A stretch of DNA of 64,000 bases from an uncultured virus (IMG/VR IMGVR_UViG_3300025502_001355) (IMGVR_UViG_3300025502_001355); one strand, 5' to 3'; positions 9,038-19,552 are shown, counted from the stretch's first letter. Numbers and translations are program-made. Notes: generated by a model from the letters alone, not told the origin.

Positions 9038-9579
9038 AAATTACTCCGGTTGACAGTCAACATAATCTATTTCTAGTAGAAGACATTTATCCGCAAGATT
9101 TGATCGACCAAATTAGTCAAGTAGACTTTATGGAATATGATTGGGAGTTGCAAGAAGGGCAATTGGATTGGCCTAGACGAAAATTATTACCACCCCAAGA
9201 CAGCATATTGTTTGAATTGGATAAGCATCTCAATACCGTGCGTCTTGATATTGCAGATTCAATGAATGGACACTTTCCGGAATATGATTGCTGGAGTAGT
9301 TTTTGGCTTGATTACTCTCCATATACTTGTAAAATGCACACAGATGGTGACATACCAACAGCAATGCAGATATATCTATTAGATAATGCAGGGTCAGAAC
9401 ATGGTACAGTGTTTTATAACCCAGACAAAACAATACGTTATACGTTCCATTACAAGGTTAATACAGGTTACTTCATGTTGAATGGCTCAGACCAATATCA
9501 CGGAGTTCCTAACGTACTCCCTAAGGACCAATTGCGCCTAAGCAGTTACACCTACTTCGGCTCTTTTACGCATAAATAA
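9034..9579 (+). CDS. 2OG-Fe(II) oxygenase
   Basis: HTD...H...RLS facial triad pattern; NTGY motif. Confidence 0.7.
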   Translation: MKITPVDSQHNLFLVEDIYPQDLIDQISQVDFMEYDWELQEGQLDWPRRKLLPPQDSILFELDKHLNTVRLDIADSMNGHFPEYDCWSSFWLDYSPYTCKMHTDGDIPTAMQIYLLDNAGSEHGTVFYNPDKTIRYTFHYKVNTGYFMLNGSDQYHGVPNVLPKDQLRLSSYTYFGSFTHK

Positions 9580-9583
9580 TGTA

Positions 9584-11017
9584 ATGCGTGAATTAGACAA
9601 CATATCAGCTTCTTTATTTGAAAAAATCCGTGCTCGTTTTGACAACATTAGTCTTGGGAACAACAAGGCTAACCGTACTAGCGACCCCGAACTTGCAAGA
9701 TTTTTTAACTTTGACTACGTAGGAGAAGATGGAGAGAATTACGGAAATGTTACTATTAGTATCATTGATGAACAATCACTTAAAGTTTATTATGGTATGA
9801 ACATAACAGAAGAAATGTCCGATCTCGACACAAAAAAATGGTTTATGTTCTTAAAGGATTTGCGCATGTTTGCAAAAAGAAACATGTTAAACTTTGATGT
9901 CCGTGATATCAATCGTAGTAACCTTGATTTAAGAAATATAAAACAACAAAGTGTAGCAGATGGTACTTTGGACTCAGACGAGGTAGTATCAGAAGCAAAG
10001 TTGTATGGTGACAATAGAGACAAGCATACCAGTTATGCAAACTTAGGTGAGCATAAAATTATTATTAAACACGTAGAATCAATTGACCCAGACAAACATG
10101 GTGCTCGTGCCAGAAACATCAGCAAGGTTTTTATTGAAACACCAGTAGGAGAACGCTTCTTACTTGATCACAAAAACCTACATGGTGCTAGGGCATTAGC
10201 GAATCACCTAAATCGTGGTGGCGAAATTAACGATAGCGGTAGCGAAGTTATCGCTGAGATGGTTAAAGAGATGAGTGCTATGCGACACTTTGCTCGTAAC
10301 ATGAACAACAGAACATTTGAAGACACAGAAACAACACGCATGGTCGAAGCGGCACTTGCTCGCTATCAAGAAGTTAAAAAGAATTTGGAAAGTTTCAAAG
10401 GATCCAAAGGACACGGGATATTGTTATCCATGGCAGAAAACTATGCCAAACCAGAAGACGACGTCGATATAGATGATTTGCGTGAGCGTTTTGTTAAGAA
10501 AATATACGACGATAGATTCAATGACGCACTACCGTATGTACAACGTGCGTACACAAGTCAATTTGAAGACTGGGCAACAGACGTAACAGAAGAAACATTT
10601 GGTCCAGCCGCAACCGATAAACTTTTAGAACTGTTTGACGATCCAATCACAACTGGTGTAGACGGACAAGACGCCATGGCCGCAATACAAGGTATTAGTA
10701 TCGTGGATAACGATGATGTATCAGCTCAGTTACAAGAATTAAGCAAGCAAGGACCAGATGTAGATGCAAGACCAATGATTTCTGCCTGGCTAGCCCAAAA
10801 CGGTGAATCAGACCTAGCAGAAGAACTTGAAGCAATACTGCAATCACAAGCAATAAACACAACCGCTCCTGCACCACGCCCACAAGAACCAGACAATGAC
10901 ACATATGCGGCATCAACAATGCCAGCTGGTAATGGCGATCCAGTAATACCTAATGCCATGAACGAAGATGAAGATTTAGACATGATTCGTTGGTTAAGTG
11001 GTTTGGATAAAAAATAA
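9584..11017 (+). CDS. Hypothetical late (probably structural) protein
   Basis: TAAATA 5 nt before ATG; acidic; C-terminal MIRWLSGL motif. Confidence 0.6.
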   Translation: MRELDNISASLFEKIRARFDNISLGNNKANRTSDPELARFFNFDYVGEDGENYGNVTISIIDEQSLKVYYGMNITEEMSDLDTKKWFMFLKDLRMFAKRNMLNFDVRDINRSNLDLRNIKQQSVADGTLDSDEVVSEAKLYGDNRDKHTSYANLGEHKIIIKHVESIDPDKHGARARNISKVFIETPVGERFLLDHKNLHGARALANHLNRGGEINDSGSEVIAEMVKEMSAMRHFARNMNNRTFEDTETTRMVEAALARYQEVKKNLESFKGSKGHGILLSMAENYAKPEDDVDIDDLRERFVKKIYDDRFNDALPYVQRAYTSQFEDWATDVTEETFGPAATDKLLELFDDPITTGVDGQDAMAAIQGISIVDNDDVSAQLQELSKQGPDVDARPMISAWLAQNGESDLAEELEAILQSQAINTTAPAPRPQEPDNDTYAASTMPAGNGDPVIPNAMNEDEDLDMIRWLSGLDKK

Positions 11018-11028
11018 TAAATTTCTCT

Positions 11029-11056
11029 TTGACAAGATAAATAAAACTGTTATAAT
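11029..11056 (+). promoter_or_regulatory. Overlapping sigma70 and late promoters for ssb
   Basis: TTGACA-16-TATAAT with TGn extension; TAAATA at 11038. Confidence 0.65.
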
Positions 11057-11121
11057 ATTGCACAGTGCAGTGTTATATCTAGGCACATTTATTAAGGCAT
11101 TTTATTAAGGAGAAATACATT

Positions 11122-12123
11122 ATGGCAACATCATTGGCTGAAATCAGAGCAAAACTACAAGCGCAAGACACACGCAGTGCAGGCGGAGGAAGATCACCGG
11201 GCGACAACGCCATTTATCCGCATTGGAACATATCAGAAGGTTCCAGCACTAGAATTAGATTCCTACCAGACGGCAACTCAAACAACGACTTCTTTTGGGC
11301 AGAACGCCTAATGATTAGACTTCCATTTGCAGGAGTTAAAGGGCAAGCAGACAGCAAGCCTGTAATTGTACAAGTACCTTGTGTAGAAATGTACAAAGAA
11401 GCATGCCCCATTCTAGCAGAAGTACGTGGATGGTTTAAAGACGCAAGTTTGGAAGACATGGGTCGTAAGTACTGGAAGAAGAAAAGTTACTTGTTCCAAG
11501 GCTTTGTGCGAGAAAATGCTCTTGCTGATGACAAGGCTCCAGATAATCCTATTCGTAGGCTTGTGATTAGTCCGCAGATCTTTAACTTGATCAAATCGGC
11601 ACTAATGGATCCAGAACTAGAAAATCTTCCAACTGATATTACAGCAGGATTAGATTTTACAGTTACAAAAACCAGCAAAGGCGGCTATGCAGACTATAGC
11701 ACCAGCAAGTGGAGTAGACGTGAGTCAGCATTAACAGCAGACGAACAAGCGGCTATTGACACACACGGTTTGTTTAATCTTAGTGACTTCTTACCAAAAC
11801 AACCTGGCGAAGTTGAACTTAAAGTAATTAAAGAAATGTTTGAAGCCAGCGTTGACGGACAAGCATATGACGCAGAACGCTGGGGGCAGTATTATAGACC
11901 ACCAGGCATGATGGTAACAAATGCGGCACCAGCAACCAAGAGCGAAGAATCATCACCTTCTGTAGCACAACCTACGCCTAGTGCGGAGCCTGCTACACCC
12001 GCTCCTGTTGTTGAAGCCGCACCCGCTCCTGTTGCTGAAACTGTAACAGCAGAAGCACCAGCAAACGATTCGAGCAAACGTGCCGAAGACATATTGGCAA
12101 TGATTCGAAATCGTAGTAAGTAA
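11122..12123 (+). CDS. gp32: Single-stranded DNA-binding protein, T4 gp32-like
   Basis: IRFLPDG, C...CP, YWKKKSY and GGYADYSTSKW motifs; low-complexity tail. Confidence 0.85.
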   Translation: MATSLAEIRAKLQAQDTRSAGGGRSPGDNAIYPHWNISEGSSTRIRFLPDGNSNNDFFWAERLMIRLPFAGVKGQADSKPVIVQVPCVEMYKEACPILAEVRGWFKDASLEDMGRKYWKKKSYLFQGFVRENALADDKAPDNPIRRLVISPQIFNLIKSALMDPELENLPTDITAGLDFTVTKTSKGGYADYSTSKWSRRESALTADEQAAIDTHGLFNLSDFLPKQPGEVELKVIKEMFEASVDGQAYDAERWGQYYRPPGMMVTNAAPATKSEESSPSVAQPTPSAEPATPAPVVEAAPAPVAETVTAEAPANDSSKRAEDILAMIRNRSK

Positions 12124-12152
12124 TACTATTAATTATAATAGTACTTGTGTTA

Positions 12153-12191
12153 AATATGTTGGGGTGTTCTTTGCCCCAACATATTACTTTT
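12153..12191 (+). terminator. Hairpin terminator after ssb
   Basis: AATATGTTGGGG...CCCCAACATATT followed by a T-run. Confidence 0.6.
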
Positions 12192-12199
12192 TGTAAAAA

Positions 12200-13336
12200 A
12201 TGAATCCAGTTAAATCTATTACATTTGGTCTTGATCCTTCAGCACCACCTGCTTTCTTGTTGGATTGGGAACTAACTAAAAAATGCAATTTAGATTGTTC
12301 TTATTGCGGCATCGGCGAGTTTGGCGGACACGACAATAGCACACAGCACCCACCACTGGAAGAGTGCGTAAAGTCAATTGACTTTATGTATGCGTATGTG
12401 GACCTGTACATGCAGTACAGAAAAGAAAGTAATAGAAAAGTTGTATTAAATGTTTACGGTGGCGAAAGTTTAGTACATCCACAAATTCTAAGAATCTTAG
12501 AACTTGTCAGAGAAAAATATCAACAGTATAAAGATCGATGGGAACTAACTGTTACCTGTACAACAAATGGTATTGTAGGTACACGGATGTGGAGTAAGAT
12601 TATTCCACATATAGATGAGTTTATTGTAAGTTATCATCCAGAGAACATACCCAAGCAAAAAGAGCAGTATAAGAAAAACATCCTGCAACTGAAAAAGATA
12701 AACAAACGTTTCAAGTGTGTGATGCTAATGCACAACGATAAAGAAATGTTTGATGACGTAGAACGTATGGTACAGTATTGCAAGGACAATAACCTACCAT
12801 TCTTTCTTAAACGGCTAGACAACACAGAAGAACAATGGGCCTATACCGGCAAGCAGTTTCAAAAAATACAAGCAAACTTCACAAGTAACGAAGTTGAAGG
12901 ATCCGACGAAAAAGTATTAAGCATAGCAAAAGGTAGAGCTTGCTGTGGCGGACGTAAGATGTGTGTAAATGGCAACTATAAAGAAAACTTGCTGTATATT
13001 AACAAGCAAGGATTCAAAGACTGGAACTGTAGTGTTAATTGGTACTTTTTGTTTCTAAGACAGTATAACGGTAAAGTTTATTCTAGCACAAAAGATTGTT
13101 TAACGAATGTAACTACTAACCGTGTTGAGCCGTTGGGTAATATTGATAATTACCAGGTAATGTTAGACACACTTAGAAAACAACTAGAAACTAAAAGCAT
13201 GCCAGTAATCAAATGCGTAAAAAGCATTTGTGTTTGTGGATATTGTGCGCCAAAAGCTACTACAGAGTCTGAACTAAACGAACTTTTGAAATATAGAATA
13301 GACATTAATGTGTTAAAGTATGCTAAGTCAGATTGA
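12200..13336 (+). CDS. Radical SAM protein
   Basis: CNLDCSYC, YGGES, TTNG; Cys-rich C-terminus. Confidence 0.85.
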   Translation: MNPVKSITFGLDPSAPPAFLLDWELTKKCNLDCSYCGIGEFGGHDNSTQHPPLEECVKSIDFMYAYVDLYMQYRKESNRKVVLNVYGGESLVHPQILRILELVREKYQQYKDRWELTVTCTTNGIVGTRMWSKIIPHIDEFIVSYHPENIPKQKEQYKKNILQLKKINKRFKCVMLMHNDKEMFDDVERMVQYCKDNNLPFFLKRLDNTEEQWAYTGKQFQKIQANFTSNEVEGSDEKVLSIAKGRACCGGRKMCVNGNYKENLLYINKQGFKDWNCSVNWYFLFLRQYNGKVYSSTKDCLTNVTTNRVEPLGNIDNYQVMLDTLRKQLETKSMPVIKCVKSICVCGYCAPKATTESELNELLKYRIDINVLKYAKSD

Positions 13337-13916
13337 TACAATATTGTTTCCAGACTCATGCGAAGTATTGGAAGTTGCTCCAAGAAGATTTGTGTATCCT
13401 ATACACAAAAACGGATCAACTAGTCTACACAACTCCGGGTTTAGGAAACTAGAACTAGAAGAAATAAAACAACTGGACATGATTGAAGTATTTGTTCGTG
13501 ATCCTGTTGACCGTTATGTAAGTGGTGTAACCAAGTTTGTCGAAGACACTGAATTAGATGACTATACAGTTTTGCATTTTGTTGATAACTATCTGTTCCT
13601 CAATAATCACTATGCTCCACAATTTTATTGGCTACTTAATTTACAGCGTTTCACTGATGCTAAACTTATATTGCGTCCGCTGGATCAACTAAACACCATT
13701 ACCAAATTACACCACAATATAAGTGATAAGAATAAATTAGTAAGGGTAAGCAATAAAGTACAATTTTACCTAAAACTTGATCAAGTATTAGTTGGTGAAC
13801 TGTTAGGTAAAACTGTTACATTTAAACAGATAGTACAAACAATCAAACACCGTTATCCGGAAGTATACAAAGAAGTTATACAGAGATCAATAGACTTATG
13901 CAATGTCCTCGTTTAG
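13320..13916 (+). CDS. Sulfotransferase-like protein
   Basis: PIHKNGSTS (5'-PSB-like) and VRDPVDRYVSG (3'-PB-like). Confidence 0.65.
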   Translation: MLSQIDTILFPDSCEVLEVAPRRFVYPIHKNGSTSLHNSGFRKLELEEIKQLDMIEVFVRDPVDRYVSGVTKFVEDTELDDYTVLHFVDNYLFLNNHYAPQFYWLLNLQRFTDAKLILRPLDQLNTITKLHHNISDKNKLVRVSNKVQFYLKLDQVLVGELLGKTVTFKQIVQTIKHRYPEVYKEVIQRSIDLCNVLV

Positions 13917-14839
13917 ACCATTTTGTAAGATTTAATCCAGGCGGGACCGTAAGCCGTTGTGGTCACATGGTTGATCCACCTAAGTTTGCTGGTCTTGACG
14001 CAATGGAGCAGAGTGATTGGTTGTATAACTTACGAAACCAAGAATGGCCTGCGGAGTGTGTGCGGTGCTATGACACTGAGAGCGTTAACGGTAAAAGCAT
14101 TAGACAAAATGCTATAGAATTTGATCAACAGCAAGATAAACACAACTATCTCACAGTAGGTGGCATACTGGATAATGTGTGTAACAGTGCCTGTTTTACG
14201 TGTGATGCATCCTACAGCACAAAGATTGGTAGTTTAACCAACAAGATATATCCTGTAGTAGACAACAGCAACGCATACTGGAACTTACCACTTGATCGTG
14301 TGGTACACTTGGATATAAACGGTGGTGAACCAAGTGCAAGTAAGAATTACAAGAAGGTATTACAAAACTTACCGCCTAACTTAAAATCATTACGATTAAA
14401 CACAAATTGTAGTTTGGTCATAGAAGAACTTGAAGACATTGTAGCAAAGGGTATTGATGTAACTGTTACAGTGAGTTTGGATGGTATAGGAGATGTGCAT
14501 GATTATGTACGCTGGCCTATCAAATGGGATAAGTTTTATAGTAACCTAATGATATACAAAAGCATGAATGTTAAACTCAACACCTGGACAACAGTTAGCG
14601 CACTAAACATACGGGACTTTAAGAACATAATTAAGTTTGTTAAACAAAACAAGTTAGAACACAGTTATGCATTTTTAGAAAAGCCAGATGTACTGAGTGT
14701 TAAGTACAGAAACAAGTTTACCAGTGCATGTGCTGGACAGTTTGATTTAGTAGCAACCCAAAGAAACAATAACTTTGAATTAGAAGCATTTTTAGAAGAA
14801 CAAGATAAAGTTAGAGGGATTGATGAAGCCTTACGCTGA
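13898..14839 (+). CDS. Radical SAM protein with N-terminal twitch/SPASM-like Cys region
   Basis: CNSACFTC, NGGEP, SLDG, YVRWP. Confidence 0.85.
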   Translation: MQCPRLDHFVRFNPGGTVSRCGHMVDPPKFAGLDAMEQSDWLYNLRNQEWPAECVRCYDTESVNGKSIRQNAIEFDQQQDKHNYLTVGGILDNVCNSACFTCDASYSTKIGSLTNKIYPVVDNSNAYWNLPLDRVVHLDINGGEPSASKNYKKVLQNLPPNLKSLRLNTNCSLVIEELEDIVAKGIDVTVTVSLDGIGDVHDYVRWPIKWDKFYSNLMIYKSMNVKLNTWTTVSALNIRDFKNIIKFVKQNKLEHSYAFLEKPDVLSVKYRNKFTSACAGQFDLVATQRNNNFELEAFLEEQDKVRGIDEALR

Positions 14840-15368
14840 AATACCAGTAGACGTAACAGACATTGCCAATCAAATAGTTGATTATATATCAACCAACGAC
14901 AGTATAAGTTTATACGAAGGTAGTCCGTGGAAGTTTTTAGACACACGTGACCTGTTAGTCAGTTGCCCTGCACTACTCTATTTCTTTAAACAGCATAAAT
15001 TAGTAGTCAAGGATAGTGCAATAACATACATAACAGATAGCAATGATTTACCTATGCATGTAGATGAAAAGCCTGTTGTAGCAAAAATGAACTTTCCTGT
15101 GCTTAATGCCAAGGGCTGGACAAACAAATGGTTTACGGTAGACAATCTAGAAAACTATCCAAAGATTAAAAACCAATTTGGCAGTGAAGTATATGATTTA
15201 TCCACAGCGGCAGGAGTGTTGTTAGCAGAATATCGTGACATGCCCTATCCTATAGTGTTCAACAGCAGTATTGCCCACAGTGTCGAACAATACTCAGACA
15301 ATGCAAGGATACCAAGGATTGTAGCAAGTTTCACATTTCACAAGGAACCAATTGAATGGCTAGAATAG
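14820..15368 (+). CDS. Hypothetical protein, possible 2OG-Fe(II)/cupin fold
   Basis: PMHVD...AHSV...PR pattern. Confidence 0.5.
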   Translation: MMKPYAEIPVDVTDIANQIVDYISTNDSISLYEGSPWKFLDTRDLLVSCPALLYFFKQHKLVVKDSAITYITDSNDLPMHVDEKPVVAKMNFPVLNAKGWTNKWFTVDNLENYPKIKNQFGSEVYDLSTAAGVLLAEYRDMPYPIVFNSSIAHSVEQYSDNARIPRIVASFTFHKEPIEWLE

Positions 15369-15907
15369 CAATAACAGGACACAGTGCTGGCATTGGCCGA
15401 GCATTTGCAAAAATTTACAAAGAACAAGGACATGAAGTTGTTGGACTTAGTCGTCGTGATGGTAATAACATTAGAAACACAATGAAAATGTTAAAATATA
15501 TAGAGCCTTGCGACTTGTTTATTAATAATGCACAAGCTGGGTTTGCACAAACAGAACTATTGTTTGCTGTGTTTGGAGCATGGCAAGGAAAACTACACAA
15601 GAAGATCGTTAATATTAGTACACTTATGACAAGTGAACCAGTCAGTTGTTTGCCTGGGTTTGATATGTTAAAGTATCACGTGGAAAAAACAACACTAGAA
15701 GAAGCCATCCGCCAACTACGTGGACTGCATACTCTGCCTAAACTTTGCTTAGTCAAACCAGGAAAGGTAAACACACAAGGAGACAGTGGTGTAAACCCCG
15801 ATGCATGGGCTAAACGTATTGTTGACATATTAGATTCAGGTAATGATATGCAAGTAGAAGAAATTGCCATTGGAGAATATTGGGAATGGAACCCAAAGAT
15901 TACTTAA
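15356..15907 (+). CDS. Short-chain dehydrogenase/reductase
   Basis: ITGHSAGIG, INNA, YxxxK. Confidence 0.85.
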   Translation: MARIAITGHSAGIGRAFAKIYKEQGHEVVGLSRRDGNNIRNTMKMLKYIEPCDLFINNAQAGFAQTELLFAVFGAWQGKLHKKIVNISTLMTSEPVSCLPGFDMLKYHVEKTTLEEAIRQLRGLHTLPKLCLVKPGKVNTQGDSGVNPDAWAKRIVDILDSGNDMQVEEIAIGEYWEWNPKIT

Positions 15908-17037
15908 CTAATCGTAACTTTTGTCCTATCCCGTGGACTGGGTTAATGTATAACTTTGACGGTAATGTTAAAACCTGTATCAGATCCAGTGCGCCCATTG
16001 GCAATATACGTGAACAAGGTATAGAACAGATATTAAACGGCGAAAACAATCAAGCAACACGGGTCAACATGTTAAACAATAAGCCAGGTGAACGCTGTGA
16101 TCCTTGTTATGAACTAGAGCAAGGGGGAAATAAGTTTGATATTATTAGTGATAGAGTTTTTTACCTGCGCGAACTCAAGCAGGTGCCACTAGACACGTAC
16201 GATAAGGTAGATGCGCATAGATTAGAAAAAATAGATGTGCGTTGGACCAATCTCTGCAACTTTAGTTGTGTGTATTGTAACGCAGACTTTAGCAGTCAAT
16301 GGGCAAACGAGTTGGGTGTAAAAATAGACACACCCAACAAACAACAGCGAGACGACTTCAAAGCATATATCTTCAAACATGTGGATACACTAAAACATGT
16401 TTACATGGCTGGCGGCGAGCCCTTGTTAATGAAGGAAAATGAAGAACTACTAGAAAAACTATTATTAGTCAATCCAGATGTTAATTTGCGCATCAACACC
16501 AATTTAAGTCATACAAATACTCGTGTGTTTGATTTAGCGTGTAAGTTTAAGAACGTACACTGGACAGTTAGCGCAGAAACAATGGGCGACGAGTACGACT
16601 ATATACGACACGGGGGACAGTGGGCAACATTTTGTCGCAATCTAAGAAAAATAAAAGATTCGGATCATAAAATTACATTCAACATGTTGTATTTTGTACT
16701 TAATCCCTTCAGTGTATTTAAATTTGTGGACAAGTTTATGAACGATTGGAACTTCCACCCAAACGCTTTTGTAATTGGCCCATTATTGTTTCCTGACTAC
16801 CTAAATATTAGACATTTACCAGATAAGATGTTACAATTAGTCAAGCAAGAGTTAGAACAACGCATTGCAGAACATCCAGGATTTTTATTGGAAAATAGTT
16901 ATCAAAATTTGTTGCGTTATATCGAGCAACCAATTGAAAAGAATTTAGCAGGAACATTTGAACAGTTAGCAGTAATGGACGCCAGACGTGGTGTTGATAG
17001 TAGTAAAATATTCATAGATCTATATAAGGAAAAATAA
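15880..17037 (+). CDS. Radical SAM protein with N-terminal twitch/SPASM-like domain
   Basis: FCPIPW...C..C, CNFSCVYC, AGGEP. Confidence 0.85.
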   Translation: MGMEPKDYLTNRNFCPIPWTGLMYNFDGNVKTCIRSSAPIGNIREQGIEQILNGENNQATRVNMLNNKPGERCDPCYELEQGGNKFDIISDRVFYLRELKQVPLDTYDKVDAHRLEKIDVRWTNLCNFSCVYCNADFSSQWANELGVKIDTPNKQQRDDFKAYIFKHVDTLKHVYMAGGEPLLMKENEELLEKLLLVNPDVNLRINTNLSHTNTRVFDLACKFKNVHWTVSAETMGDEYDYIRHGGQWATFCRNLRKIKDSDHKITFNMLYFVLNPFSVFKFVDKFMNDWNFHPNAFVIGPLLFPDYLNIRHLPDKMLQLVKQELEQRIAEHPGFLLENSYQNLLRYIEQPIEKNLAGTFEQLAVMDARRGVDSSKIFIDLYKEK

Positions 17038-17039
17038 AC

Positions 17040-18131
17040 ATGGCAAAACCGTTTGATATAAGTAAATTTCGCAAGGGACTGACCAAGAGTATTGAAGGAA
17101 TCAGTTTTGGGTTCAATGATCCAACAGACTGGGTAAGCACAGGAAACTATGCATTAAACTATCTTATCTCAGGAGACTTTTACAAAGGTGTTCCACTAGG
17201 TAAAGTTACAGTGTTTGCCGGAGAGTCAGGCGCAGGTAAAAGTTATATCTGTTCAGGTAATATCATAAAGTCAGCACAAGAGCAGGGTATTTTTGTAGTG
17301 CTGATTGACTCAGAAAATGCACTAGACGAAGCATGGCTAAAAGCACTTAATGTAGACACATCAGAAGACAAACTGTTAAAACTTAACATGGCTATGATTG
17401 ATGATGTTGCTAAAACTGTTAGTGACTTTATGATAGAGTACAAAACACTAGCAGAGGAAGACAGACCCAAGGTGCTGTTTGTAATTGATAGTTTGGGTAT
17501 GTTGCTAACACCCACTGACGTAGCACAGTTTGAAAAAGGTGATATGAAAGGTGATATGGGTCGTAAGCCCAAGGCACTAACATCACTTGTACGTAACACA
17601 GTTAACATGATTGGTTCGCTCAATGTGGGACTTGTGGCAACTAACCACACATACGCAAGTCAGGACATGTTTGATCCAGATGATAAGATCAGCGGTGGAC
17701 AAGGCTTTATCTATGCAAGCAGTATTGTTGTTGCAATGAAGAAGATGAAACTTAAAGAAGATGAAGACGGTAACAAGATATCAGAAGTAAAAGGTATCAG
17801 AGCAGGCTGTAAGATAATGAAGACTCGTTACGCAAAACCATTTGAAGGCATACAAGTTAAAATACCGTATGAAACCGGTATGAACCCTTACAGCGGACTT
17901 GTGGATCTGTGTGAGAAAAAGAGTTTATTGGTGAGAGAAGGCAACAGCCTTAAATACACAACTTCATCAGGTGATGAAATCAAACAGTTCCGCAAGGCTT
18001 GGGAACGTAACGAAGGCGGGTCTTTAGACATCATTATGAATGACTGGGAAAATAAAGCCGCAGGCAAGGAAGTCGAAATTGTAGTAGAATCGGATGTTGA
18101 TAACTTAGGAGAAGAGAACTATGTCGATTGA
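17040..18131 (+). CDS. uvsX: RecA-like recombinase UvsX
   Basis: GESGAGKS, DSENA, VIDSLG, NHTY, SGG motifs. Confidence 0.92.
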   Translation: MAKPFDISKFRKGLTKSIEGISFGFNDPTDWVSTGNYALNYLISGDFYKGVPLGKVTVFAGESGAGKSYICSGNIIKSAQEQGIFVVLIDSENALDEAWLKALNVDTSEDKLLKLNMAMIDDVAKTVSDFMIEYKTLAEEDRPKVLFVIDSLGMLLTPTDVAQFEKGDMKGDMGRKPKALTSLVRNTVNMIGSLNVGLVATNHTYASQDMFDPDDKISGGQGFIYASSIVVAMKKMKLKEDEDGNKISEVKGIRAGCKIMKTRYAKPFEGIQVKIPYETGMNPYSGLVDLCEKKSLLVREGNSLKYTTSSGDEIKQFRKAWERNEGGSLDIIMNDWENKAAGKEVEIVVESDVDNLGEENYVD

Positions 18132-18339
18132 TGTAGAAGTCCTAGTAGAAGCGTATACCATACTAAAGCAATATATTCCAGCGAAGGAGCGGCAAGAAGC
18201 CGCAGATAACCTAGTAAGTATGTTAAACGATGCTATTAACGATAAGGAGTTTAGGGAGTTTGGTCTTGCTGATAATTATACTAGCTCAGCAGTAACTGAG
18301 TTTGTTGATGATGAAGATAACGATTATTACGAAGAATAA
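18121..18339 (+). CDS. Small acidic hypothetical protein
   Basis: Overlapping/coupled between uvsX and uvsY; SD upstream. Confidence 0.65.
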   Translation: MSIDVEVLVEAYTILKQYIPAKERQEAADNLVSMLNDAINDKEFREFGLADNYTSSAVTEFVDDEDNDYYEE

Positions 18340-18791
18340 TGTGGTATAATAAAGTTGTAGCAGACCTTGCCAAGATACCAGACTTTATACGCCATTACGA
18401 GAAAGAACTGGATGAAGCTAAAAAGGAAACCTATATCAGTGGCAGCCTTGAACGTGCCGCGGCAAACCTTCCAGGCATAACAGAGCACCGTTTTAATCAA
18501 TTGCAAGAGATTGAAGCAGTGCTAAACTTTTTGAATATTGAACTGCGCAAAATACGCAGGACATATTTTCAAAAATACTTAGAAGGATATCAACGAGCAT
18601 TAAGCAGTCGAGATGCAGAAAAGTATGTAGATGGCGAGGATGATGTTATACACTTTGAGACATTCATCAACGAAGTAGCACTATTGCGTAACAAATGGTT
18701 AGGGCTAATGAAAGGCCTAGAAAGCAAAAACTTCATGATAGGTCATGTGGTTAGATTGCGTACAGCAGGAATGGAAGACATAGTATTATGA
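18339..18791 (+). CDS. uvsY: Recombination mediator UvsY-like
   Basis: Helical, 150 aa, YLEGYQRALSSRDAEKYVDGE; near uvsX. Confidence 0.75.
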   Translation: MWYNKVVADLAKIPDFIRHYEKELDEAKKETYISGSLERAAANLPGITEHRFNQLQEIEAVLNFLNIELRKIRRTYFQKYLEGYQRALSSRDAEKYVDGEDDVIHFETFINEVALLRNKWLGLMKGLESKNFMIGHVVRLRTAGMEDIVL

Positions 18792-19552
18792 TAACATTTA
18801 AGAATGAATTTGAATCACACGAACACAGTTTAATCACACTAGATCAACTATACGAATACGATAGTTTCTTGGATAGCCTTACTACTATTGCAGATTTTGG
18901 ATGTGGCACAGGTAGGGATGTGCAATGGTGGGCAAACTTAATGACACGCGATGATCCCCCAAGACCACGTAACTATAAAGTGTATGCGTGTGACCGAGCA
19001 GTTGACAAGGTATTAGATGCCGAAGTGCGTGAATATGCAAATGTACACCCAGCAAATATTGATATTGACTCAGACGATCCACCGTTGAGCGTTGAAGTTG
19101 ACTTTATATGGAGTCACGACACGTTTCAATACGTAATTAATCCTATGCGTACACTGGCTGCCTGGAATCGGCAATTGGTAGTAAACGGTATGCTGATGAT
19201 GGTATTCCCACAGTCAACCTACACGAAATATGGGCATGAAGAAGTAATATACAGTGCTTCGCAAATGTACTACAATCACAATCTAATACACATGGTTTAC
19301 ATGTTAGCAGTGAACGGATTTGACTGCAAAGATGCATACATGAAAAAAGATGCAGATGATCCGTGGTTACACGTTGCAGTATATAAATCTTGTGAGCCGA
19401 TGGATCCAAAAACAACAACTTGGTTTGATCTCGCTGACAAAGATTTGATAAACAAGACTTTTGTAGAATGTTTAAACAAGCACAGTTACATAAGGCAAGA
19501 CAAGATACTTACCCAGTGGATCGACAAGGGACTTTACTTTAATAAACGATGA
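18788..19552 (+). CDS. SAM-dependent methyltransferase
   Basis: ADFGCGTG motif I; DFIWSHD. Confidence 0.75.
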   Translation: MITFKNEFESHEHSLITLDQLYEYDSFLDSLTTIADFGCGTGRDVQWWANLMTRDDPPRPRNYKVYACDRAVDKVLDAEVREYANVHPANIDIDSDDPPLSVEVDFIWSHDTFQYVINPMRTLAAWNRQLVVNGMLMMVFPQSTYTKYGHEEVIYSASQMYYNHNLIHMVYMLAVNGFDCKDAYMKKDADDPWLHVAVYKSCEPMDPKTTTWFDLADKDLINKTFVECLNKHSYIRQDKILTQWIDKGLYFNKR

